This document shows, piece after piece, positions 15,801 through 21,384 of a DNA stretch of 21,384 nucleotides. The stretch comes from Elusimicrobiota bacterium. GTDB lineage: Bacteria > Elusimicrobiota > Elusimicrobia > UBA1565 > JACRDR01. Each line of letters starts with the position of its first letter. The first letter of the stretch is position 1. The notes below the pieces were generated by a model. The model made no database searches, had not been told where the DNA came from, and was given only the letters and a program-made list of their open reading frames with translations. The stretch lies in NCBI GenBank assembly GCA_041694815.1, contig JBGFSC010000036.1, forward strand, positions 1 through 21,384, written 5' to 3'. The translations under genes and the position numbers were made by a program.

Positions 15801-18069
15801 CGCGCAATAGGTACATCTTCTCGGCCTCTCCGTGTCCTACCACGTAGAGCACGTCCGTGGCCGGGTAGGCATTGGGATAAACGAGAATCGTGCCCTCGAA
15901 TTTCGCCAGGGCCGCGCGATGCACGGACAAAGGCGTCACCTGCAACCGATAACCCTCGCTTAAAGATATGTCGATGGTGCCGTAAGACTTAGGGAAGAAG
16001 AACTCGGCTCCGGGAACGTATCCGTTGCGCGAGGCCAGGGACTCTAACGCCTCTCGTTCCGGGGCTTTGAGCTCCTCATAGCGTTTGGCGGAGCCAAGAT
16101 ACCCGTCCGTGGGCCGATACCCCGATACCTCGAGCCTGCCCCTCCGCCTGACGGCCGGCTCGTAGCGCGTGTTGGGAAAGGCCAGGAGCTTGGGTGCTAG
16201 TTCGGGAAAACGCTCAAAGACGAACTGCGCGGGGCCTGACGTGGCCTTCTTGGAGAGTCGTTCGCGTCTAAAGAGCTCCAGGTTCTGCCGCGCCTTGAGC
16301 AGCTGGGGTTCCCTGGAGAGAGCGCGCTCGGTGGTGGCGATCGCCTTTTCCACATGGCCCAGGTGATAATAGGCGGCGGCGAGATTCGTGAGGATTTTGC
16401 CTTCCAATTCGGCGGGAGCGCCCCCGCCGACGCCGCGAGCGAGCATCGACAGGGCCGCTTCGAAGCTTTCCGCCGCCGGGCGGCTTTCGCCCGACTTGAG
16501 ATACGCGATCCCGAGATTATAGAGCCCGTCCGGAACGTTGATTCGCACCTGTAAGGTTTTGCGGAAGCTGTCGATGGCGTCCTTGTAGCGCCCCTCCTGC
16601 ATGGCGATGTTGCCCACGTCGCGCAAGGCCTCGTCATAGCTCGGATCGATCGCCAAGGCGACTTTGAACTCCTCCGCGGCCCCCTTGAAATCCCCCTCGG
16701 CGGCGTATTGCCTCCCCAAGCCGTAATGCATGCGCGCGCTCTGCGGCGCGGTCTTAAGCGTGGCCAGGATCAGGCTCTTGGCACTGCGCCAATCGTAGCC
16801 TCGCCGCAGCGTCAGTAGGCTGAAGGCCAGCAGGACAATCGGGCAGAGGGCGAAGAAGCGGCCTCGGATCAAGAGTCCGCCGAGTTCTCCGGCCGCCAGG
16901 CCGAACCCGATCACGGAAAGATATAGGAATCGCTCGGCGATCACCGCCTTGATCGGGATGATATTCGAGACGGGAAGCAGGCCGATGAAAAAGAAGAGGA
17001 TGCCGAAGGAGACCCCGGGCAGCCTTCGCGCATAACGAAGCGCGAAGGCAATCGTTGCCGCGAGCAATAGGGCGCAAAAAGCCGTTTTTGGATCCAAGAT
17101 CGAGTGGCTAACGGAAAAGAGATATTCGAGGCTTAACGGAGACGGCCACACCATGAGGCGCAGGTAGGTGGCAAAACCCTTGCACATGGTCAGCATGGTG
17201 GGGTAGAAGCCCCCCGCCCAATAACCGGTCTGACCCACGCGTTCGAGCATCCAGACCCGCACGGCTAAATAAGCGCCGGCCGCGAGGAAATAGGGGAGAA
17301 CCCGCAAGAATAATCCCTTTAGCTTTTTGCGTTCTTCTGATCCCGAATATGCGTCCCAGAGTCCGAGCAGGAGGGGCAGAACGATCGCCATCTCCTTGCT
17401 GAGCAAGGCGAGCATGAAGCAGGACAGCGAGATGCCGGAGGCTCGGCCCCGGCGCAGATGGGCTATGAAAGCAAGCAGGAAGAAGAATAGAGACAATACA
17501 TTGGATCGGCTCGAGATGAAAACGACCGATTCGACCTGGACCGGGTGAACGAGGAATGTGGCGGCGGCCAGAAGCGCGGCGAACATCGTATGTTTGTGGA
17601 AACCAGGCTGCGCAGCTACTGCGTCCGGACGCAGTAGGGAGGGTGTTTGTCCGCGCTCGGCGCCGAAGGCGGCGAGCCGCGCTACAGGAGCGCGTAAACG
17701 ATCGGTTGCTCGTGCCTCAAAGAACAGCAGCGCCAACCAGAAAACCAGCCAGGCATTCCCGATATGGAGCAGCAGGTTGAGCAAGCGGTAGCCAAATGGA
17801 CGCAGTTCCCCGAGGGCATAGTTGAAGGCGAAGGACAGCGTGACCAAGGGCCTGTAATTGTCATGCGCCAATTGCGAGTCGGAGGCGAGCGTCGACGGGT
17901 CCAGGAAGAATTTGGAGACGTTTTTGAGGCTGCGTATGGACTCGTTGAGCAGCACGAAGGAGTCGTCGTCATAGACGAAGGGATGGTACAGGGTGGGGCC
18001 ATAAAGCAACAACCCTAATACAAGGAGCGCCCCCAAGCCGCCAAGAAGGGATTTCTTACCTAGCCCCAT
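9865..18069 (-). CDS. 2734-aa fusion: TMTC-like GT-C glycosyltransferase, TPRs, linker domain, 14 Kelch repeats, IPT/Ig-like, FN3, right-handed beta-helix, three C-terminal WTDP repeats
   Basis: The N-terminus has TMTC-like motifs 'PFVYDD...YRPLVTLSF...NLLLH...HPVQVESV...LLSKEMAI...AERFLYL'. Approximate spans: TPRs 16270-16760, Kelch 13580-15520, FN3 'VTGLAQGTTYYFRVAA' 12930-13150, beta-helix 10550-12870 ending in 'EPTPNGNRANLGSYGNT'. GGAG lies upstream of the ATG. Confidence 0.88.
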   Translation of the reverse strand: MGLGKKSLLGGLGALLVLGLLLYGPTLYHPFVYDDDSFVLLNESIRSLKNVSKFFLDPSTLASDSQLAHDNYRPLVTLSFAFNYALGELRPFGYRLLNLLLHIGNAWLVFWLALLFFEARATDRLRAPVARLAAFGAERGQTPSLLRPDAVAAQPGFHKHTMFAALLAAATFLVHPVQVESVVFISSRSNVLSLFFFLLAFIAHLRRGRASGISLSCFMLALLSKEMAIVLPLLLGLWDAYSGSEERKKLKGLFLRVLPYFLAAGAYLAVRVWMLERVGQTGYWAGGFYPTMLTMCKGFATYLRLMVWPSPLSLEYLFSVSHSILDPKTAFCALLLAATIAFALRYARRLPGVSFGILFFFIGLLPVSNIIPIKAVIAERFLYLSVIGFGLAAGELGGLLIRGRFFALCPIVLLAFSLLTLRRGYDWRSAKSLILATLKTAPQSARMHYGLGRQYAAEGDFKGAAEEFKVALAIDPSYDEALRDVGNIAMQEGRYKDAIDSFRKTLQVRINVPDGLYNLGIAYLKSGESRPAAESFEAALSMLARGVGGGAPAELEGKILTNLAAAYYHLGHVEKAIATTERALSREPQLLKARQNLELFRRERLSKKATSGPAQFVFERFPELAPKLLAFPNTRYEPAVRRRGRLEVSGYRPTDGYLGSAKRYEELKAPEREALESLASRNGYVPGAEFFFPKSYGTIDISLSEGYRLQVTPLSVHRAALAKFEGTILVYPNAYPATDVLYVVGHGEAEKMYLLRERRPENRAFRYRVAANENIRSLQLREGRLAVLGKGDDSPVLELTPPVIIDSDGKKVPGSYHLGKAGGEGRQWVLTLAFNDSGLKYPLLIDPTWRTGKPMVNAQRDSNVVLMADGRVLVIGGTGSTLMTQIYDPMNGTWRTTGSLASARNGGASVLLKDGRVLVMGGGTTSSIATCEIYNPVTGLWSTATSMTVARRSHSATLLPDGGVLVAGGLSGLATYLATSSTYTVSNNYWAPNLSFTGARAIHTATLLRDGRVLMTGGGSGGGATCQMYYSTHSWGAAKSMLSSRSDHTATLLTDGRVLVAGGSSLSTAEIYDVAQNTWTRTGNNMAAARTRHQAALLPNGNVIAIGGTTDLLTADIYDPIANSWSATGSLLTGRQDTVAILLPNGKVMVPGGGSTAQSSMEYYDPAAGSWTLANSMSSARQAPATAFLSNGKILVAGGAGASVLATAELYDPAAGSWAATGSMSSARKDAPGALLANGKVLVAGGSDGTTHFKTAELYDPAGTWSNAGAMSAARSSHTATLLANGKVLIVGGHDGSSYVSTAELYDPATNGWASAGSLSSARKNHFAAMLPTGKVLVGGGVNGSGALSTAELYDPNANSWSTANAMNAARESPSATLISSGAVLVAGGSGLSSAEIYNPWTGIWTSTGSMASARRSHSATLLPDGKVYVAGGWNGSTNWSSTEIFDPALGSWVTANALNAARRDHIAALTPSAKLLLAGGAAGAALASAEQAFYTEYNFQGSTLAAQPKINTLNGSAPPITVAPGSNITVVGTSFTFVSDAHQSDHANSAQGAGAPRVYLKAFDSGGPGPSEAGGFIKNLSTYVYANAWSSTTLTFTVPSDFGCGYHHLWIMSRAVPSTFTAIQALPAAPVAAPSAGSPEFTGVFYSSVTAQWTGSGESGVQNYWLQASTDSSFNGELFHAYAPASGNAATVTGLAQGTTYYFRVAAENCNNRGPYFNFVSSTRTLAEAVPCAVTKTVCASGCNRTTINDALADIPTDMSGGYSCVLIKDNRTYTEQVTIQGFATGVSSLTIMSDVSVNPDPVIDPPAGSTAAFRVLNSSVNIFGVRIIPTSSIPYGIRASSANVTLSSVSVLGGTSSRIYTAGVSITSFSVISYSSVSVFGGNGEMALYMDGSLSNISYSTAALVGGSGRALYLYGGSSNTVTSCLISGGAGNNSEAAYIHAANNNTLSFSTITASTGDPGGVALSVNSAYSNTIRQNRIEGGNGSGVVSFGGQGIYVFNSSSNTITQNLISGGNGGDAPCCVDGNGGDGATAIYLSQSSSMTISLNVATGGNGGAGYGTGEGALGGHGLALDSVSLSTATQNNMSGGSAGGGAGTPASGSGAHIASGHYNLISQSTITAGGGGIPGDCVYITGSSTNTIAGNLTQGSGGGDAVKVIASIGTIINNNYFGAGNSAGVRLFNSGSFNLSISSNVFSIANDIDSAIRLDLSNGGHIRIYANTIGPGPLYGIIADAQNSGTTLVIASNTISPSLLTSNSYGVYLGALPSGATVEYNNIYLRGSSGAGSTVYGIYTNGASKLHIHHNRISNPGAKTAGSFLAANLSNTTTTLFTFNDIYSTGTGLTNAYLLKLENNSAAAQLKGNVFFSSVSVTGAGSSSATISISANSQTNFMSNYNDFFSSNSFNTGIWGTQSCQLLSGWRAVSCANQDANSISAHPLWNNTGQGVEDFHPKSEAGRYSPSAGWVTDTQTSETIDKAAATDDYSLEPTPNGNRANLGSYGNTYEASKSTLTAAAALLSWVSPSNNAGFTLNRRPKLWFVLPNNGGSRTDAKISVSTSTGFEVAISTTFQYSASGSGWAEMPASAGTTVYFTPTMDLATNTTTLYLRAATYESSWSDWSSNLRILLRGDWAWTDPSLASWVSTIREAHVTELRSVTGGIAAFRGLSAPSWTDPSISPSTTPVRAVHINELRSKIYDAVVASSATAPTWTDPGIVTSTVAVRTVHINELRNQAAVP
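9880..10185 (-). repeat. Three C-terminal protein repeats WTDPx(8-9)(I/V)RxxH(V/I)xELR
   Basis: WTDPSLASWVSTIREAHVTELR, WTDPSISPSTTPVRAVHINELR and WTDPGIVTSTVAVRTVHINELR. Confidence 0.85.
13580..15520 (-). repeat. 14 tandem Kelch repeats (probably two 7-bladed propellers)
   Basis: I counted 14 units of W...M/L..AR..H.A.LL.(D/N)G(K/R)VLVAGG...AE(L/I)YDP. Confidence 0.9.
17592..17710 (-). repeat. Palindrome-rich element in frame inside the glycosyltransferase domain (copy 3 of the structured element)
   Basis: Contains the perfect 22-bp palindrome CTACTGCGTCCGGACGCAGTAG (17616-17637), GCTGCGCAGC (17607-17616), a GCC-TTC-GGC hairpin, and CGTTTACGCGC...TAGCGCG...GCGCGGACAA shared with 4128-4182. 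The boundaries are approximate. Confidence 0.6.
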
Positions 18070-18085
18070 CCATTCTCCAACCCCC

Positions 18086-21000
18086 TTAACGTCGCTCGAG
18101 TAAGGCTTTAAGTTCCTTGACTTCCTTCTTTAGATCTTCAAATTCTTCGGGAGCGACCCACGAGCGGGCGCTGACGTAGCATAAAACCGTGTCTCCGTCC
18201 TTGTCGGCGCCCTCCAAGGCCACGCCCGCCACCCAGCCGCTGCGCACCGCGCGGGCCCCGTAGCCGGGGCGCCGGCGGGAGGCGGCGATCGAATCGCCGG
18301 GGCGTATCGGGCCGTTCTCGAGGCTGATCTTGATGGGCACTCGTCCCGTCAAGGCCACCGGCACCCGATTGTCCGATATGGTGCTGCCATCCTTGAACCC
18401 GATGGTCACGCCCGGTTTGACCGACACGACGCCCAAAAGGGCCTCGCCGTTTCTGCCCGTAGGCCGGCGTACGGTCCTCATGGCGTCGGGATCGTCGTTT
18501 AAGGCCACCAGATCGCCCGGCTCCATCGGCTCGGAGACCGAGTACATCTCGGCCAGGTCGCCGCCGTAGGTGACGCCGCCGGCGGAGTAGACGATGCCGC
18601 CGGTAGATACCGTCACGATACGCTGCGTCGAGGAACTGCCGGTCGCCAGGATCAAGGCATAGCTGTCATTCGTCGAGGCTAGGACTTCGATCGAAGCGCT
18701 GGGATTGGAAACCCCGATGCCGATCTTGCCCGCGTTGACCACGAAGGTGGAGGTGGCGACCGAGAATGCGTTGCCCTGCACCGTCAAGGTCGATTGGACA
18801 ACAACGTTGTTGGTTCCGGTGACTAGATTGACGAGCGAACCCACCGTCTGCCAGGGGCTGGAACCTCCCCCTCCGCCGCCCCCGGAGGCGCTGGTACTAA
18901 TCGAGCCATCGGCCCATTTGATGTAAGATCCCGAGCCGCTGGCGAAAACGATGGGTCCGCCCCCGGCGATCGTGATGCCGGAGGAAAGCTGTAGGGCATA
19001 GGTTGCGTTACCAGGTGTCGATGTAAACGTGCTTTTTTGGAGCGGTGAGCTGCCCGAACCGAACTGGGCGTCGCCGTTGACATCGAGGTTCGTGTTGGGC
19101 CCCATCGTGCCTATGCCGATCTTGCTATTGGCGAGGTTCCCGTAGATAGCGCCACCGATATTTAATTGGCTGCTGCTTGTCGCGGAGGGAGCGTTTTGGT
19201 TGGCGCCGATGATGATATTGCCTCCGCCGCTCGTTAAGTTGAGTCCAGCGCTCGCTCCCAAAAGCGTGTTCGTGCTCCCGCTCGTTAAGGCATAGCCGCT
19301 GCGGTAACCCAGTAACGTATTTCCGGAAAAGGACTCTCCTACGGCGCCATAGCCAGCCTCGAATCCTGTCGCGGTATTCGATGATCCGATGGTGTTCCGA
19401 TTTGCGGTGTATACTCCCAAATAGACGTTGTTGGCGCCGAGGGTATTGCTTTGTCCGGAATAGGCTCCGAAGAAGGCATTACTCGCCCCGCTGGTCGTGT
19501 TATTACCGCTGAAAGCTCCCATGAACGTATTTCGGTCGGCGGTGCTATTTTGTCCCGCCTGAGCTCCTACAAAGGTCGTGGCAAAGGCCGTATTTTGCAG
19601 GCCCGCATAGTACCCAACGGCGGTATTGTAATTGGTGCTATTCGCATTCGCGCCCGCCTGGCGCCCGACAAAGGTATTGTAGCGGCTGGTTGTATTATTC
19701 TGACCGGCCTGATAACCTACGAACGTGTTGTCGGCGGTAGTGTTGTTTCTTCCGGCATCGCGCCCTAGCGAGGTAGCTCCAAGCGAATCATTAAAATCGA
19801 TCAGCCCAGGCACCTGAAATAAGTTATTAGGCGTCGGGGTGCTGATACCGACTTTCCCCTCCGAAGTAATGGTGATCGCCGCGATCCCGGTCAAGGCGGC
19901 CGATGCGGCCGTCGAAATGCTGAGGCTACCGTTGGAGGTGATAGTGGAACCCCTGACGAGCTGCAGGTTGCCCGTGGAAGTAAAAGTACTCCTCGTTGGT
20001 AAAGTCCCGATTCCGAAATTCCCAGACGTATCGATCTCCGCCCGTTCGGTTCCGCCAGTGTATATGCCTACGCCATAGTTCGTGTCCCCGAATAGTATGA
20101 TTTGCTGTCTCGTCGAACTGCCGTCTCCTACGAAGCCTGTCTGAACACCTGTTTGATCGACAAAGGTAACGTAGCTCGTGTAGCCGACATTCGTAGCCGC
20201 CGAGTTCGAGTCCTGGATATAGATCAGGGGAGCGCCATTGGAAAGGTGGAGCGTAGCTAAAGGATTGGTGGTGCCGAGACCAACGTTCCCGTCAAGCCGC
20301 ACTCGCATCAATTCGGTCCCGACGTTGTTTTGCACAGCGACGACCGGATGCCCGGTCGTCGCTGAAGTAGAGCGTACAATCAGCGTGCCATTGGACAATC
20401 CGACGGCTCCAATCCCTACCGCGCTTGTGAAAGTCTTCGAGGACGTATACGTGTTTGTTTCACCAGTACCGCCAGCTGGCAGATTCCGGAGTCCAGAGCC
20501 GTCCGCGTAGAGGATCCCCGTGGCGCTCATCGAGGCCTGGATTACCGCGGAGTTGTTCCGCCAGATTTGGACGTAGTCGGCGTCTCCCTGCACGTCGAGT
20601 GAGGTGCTCGGATTGGTCGTACCGATGCCGATCTTTCCGGTATTGACCACGAAGGTGGAGGTGCCCACCGAGAAGGCGTTGCTCTGCACCGTTAAGCTGG
20701 ATTGAACAACGACGTTATCGACCAACGGCAGGAAAAGCGAAACGACGTTGCCCGCCTTGGTCCAACCCGTCGCTGCGGAAGCGGCCGTCCCCAGCGATGT
20801 CCAGGACCCGCCGTTGGTCGAAGTCATCAGGAGGTTAGTTCCCCCATCGAAGTACATTCCGAATTGTCCGAGAGCCGAGACTGGAGGGGCCGTTATGCCG
20901 GCGAAGGTCAGGGAGCTCCGAATAATGAGGCCCCCTCCGGAAATGTCGAGACGATGAGTCGGAGTGGTTGTTCCGATGCCGACCTGGTTGAAACCATCAA

Positions 21001-21382
21001 CGAATAGGCCCGCATAGCCAGGGGTCGTCGTGGTCGAGACGATGAGCGGGGAAACGGCCGCGTTGGAACGGATCGTCAAGCTGGAGCCGAGAATCGTCAG
21101 CTGACCCGTCATCGTGTCGCCGGCCTTAAGCACCTTGGTGTTATCGGTCCCAGTGACATTGGTGAGCCCAGCGCCGTTTCCAAAGAAAGCGTGCGCGGTG
21201 ACCGAGGAGCCTGGAACGGATATAAAGCCGTTGGCTCCGGAAACGGTGACCGAGCCGGCGCTGATGCCGTAGGTAACACCAAGTCCTCCGGCCGCGGTCA
21301 CGCTCGGAGCCCCACTGAAGGTCTTAATGCCGCTGATGGTCTGGTTAGAAATGGTATCGACCATGTTGGCCGGAGCAGGGAT
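18086..21382 (-). CDS. Ser/Thr/Gly-rich tail-fibre/adhesin-like protein with C-terminal putative intramolecular chaperone (Peptidase_G2-like) domain; probably 5' truncated by the window edge
   Basis: The frame is open to the window edge. It has many (V/I)GIGTxxP repeats and about 12 'NTxxGxxAG' units (about 19200-19775). The C-terminus reads 'GGDLAEMY...PGDLV...GVVSVKPG...VPVALTGRVPIK...IRPGD...GVALE' followed by a short coiled coil. Confidence 0.85.
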   Translation of the reverse strand: MPAPANMVDTISNQTISGIKTFSGAPSVTAAGGLGVTYGISAGSVTVSGANGFISVPGSSVTAHAFFGNGAGLTNVTGTDNTKVLKAGDTMTGQLTILGSSLTIRSNAAVSPLIVSTTTTPGYAGLFVDGFNQVGIGTTTPTHRLDISGGGLIIRSSLTFAGITAPPVSALGQFGMYFDGGTNLLMTSTNGGSWTSLGTAASAATGWTKAGNVVSLFLPLVDNVVVQSSLTVQSNAFSVGTSTFVVNTGKIGIGTTNPSTSLDVQGDADYVQIWRNNSAVIQASMSATGILYADGSGLRNLPAGGTGETNTYTSSKTFTSAVGIGAVGLSNGTLIVRSTSATTGHPVVAVQNNVGTELMRVRLDGNVGLGTTNPLATLHLSNGAPLIYIQDSNSAATNVGYTSYVTFVDQTGVQTGFVGDGSSTRQQIILFGDTNYGVGIYTGGTERAEIDTSGNFGIGTLPTRSTFTSTGNLQLVRGSTITSNGSLSISTAASAALTGIAAITITSEGKVGISTPTPNNLFQVPGLIDFNDSLGATSLGRDAGRNNTTADNTFVGYQAGQNNTTSRYNTFVGRQAGANANSTNYNTAVGYYAGLQNTAFATTFVGAQAGQNSTADRNTFMGAFSGNNTTSGASNAFFGAYSGQSNTLGANNVYLGVYTANRNTIGSSNTATGFEAGYGAVGESFSGNTLLGYRSGYALTSGSTNTLLGASAGLNLTSGGGNIIIGANQNAPSATSSSQLNIGGAIYGNLANSKIGIGTMGPNTNLDVNGDAQFGSGSSPLQKSTFTSTPGNATYALQLSSGITIAGGGPIVFASGSGSYIKWADGSISTSASGGGGGGGSSPWQTVGSLVNLVTGTNNVVVQSTLTVQGNAFSVATSTFVVNAGKIGIGVSNPSASIEVLASTNDSYALILATGSSSTQRIVTVSTGGIVYSAGGVTYGGDLAEMYSVSEPMEPGDLVALNDDPDAMRTVRRPTGRNGEALLGVVSVKPGVTIGFKDGSTISDNRVPVALTGRVPIKISLENGPIRPGDSIAASRRRPGYGARAVRSGWVAGVALEGADKDGDTVLCYVSARSWVAPEEFEDLKKEVKELKALLERR
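18714..18807 (-). repeat. Internal duplicated module of the fibre-like gene (other copy about 20622-20716)
   Basis: NVVVQSTLTVQGNAFSVATSTFVVNAGKIGIG versus NVVVQSSLTVQSNAFSVGTSTFVVNTGKIGIG, also similar at the DNA level. Confidence 0.85.
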
Positions 21383-21384
21383 AT

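Noticed and set aside
18714..20716. Diversity-generating retroelement TR/VR pair
   Set aside because: Both copies are in frame within one gene, the differences are not adenine-specific, and no reverse transcriptase is visible.

Overview
GC-rich bacterial chromosomal DNA. The gene style (FliG-like/MotAB cluster, giant Ser/Thr-rich surface proteins) suggests Elusimicrobiota or a similar lineage, but that is inference only. In order: (1) a translationally coupled + strand operon with a FliG-like protein (partial), a coiled-coil/HATPase protein with no recognisable H-box, MotA and MotB; (2) a signalling block with a membrane sensor kinase, a receiver-fused PilB/GspE ATPase, an OmpR-family regulator and a single-domain receiver; (3) an AT-rich DUF4160/DUF2442 toxin-antitoxin pair; (4) a 2734-aa fusion of a TMTC-like GT-C glycosyltransferase and TPRs with a Kelch/Ig/FN3/beta-helix adhesin-like region; (5) a partial tail-fibre-like protein ending in a putative autocleaving chaperone domain. 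The most notable signals are matching loss of flagellar rotor/stator interface motifs in FliG and MotA, the glycosyltransferase-adhesin fusion, a small structured repeat in three copies (one in frame inside a gene), and three apparently leaderless genes. I saw no rRNA, tRNA, CRISPR array, integrase or transposase.
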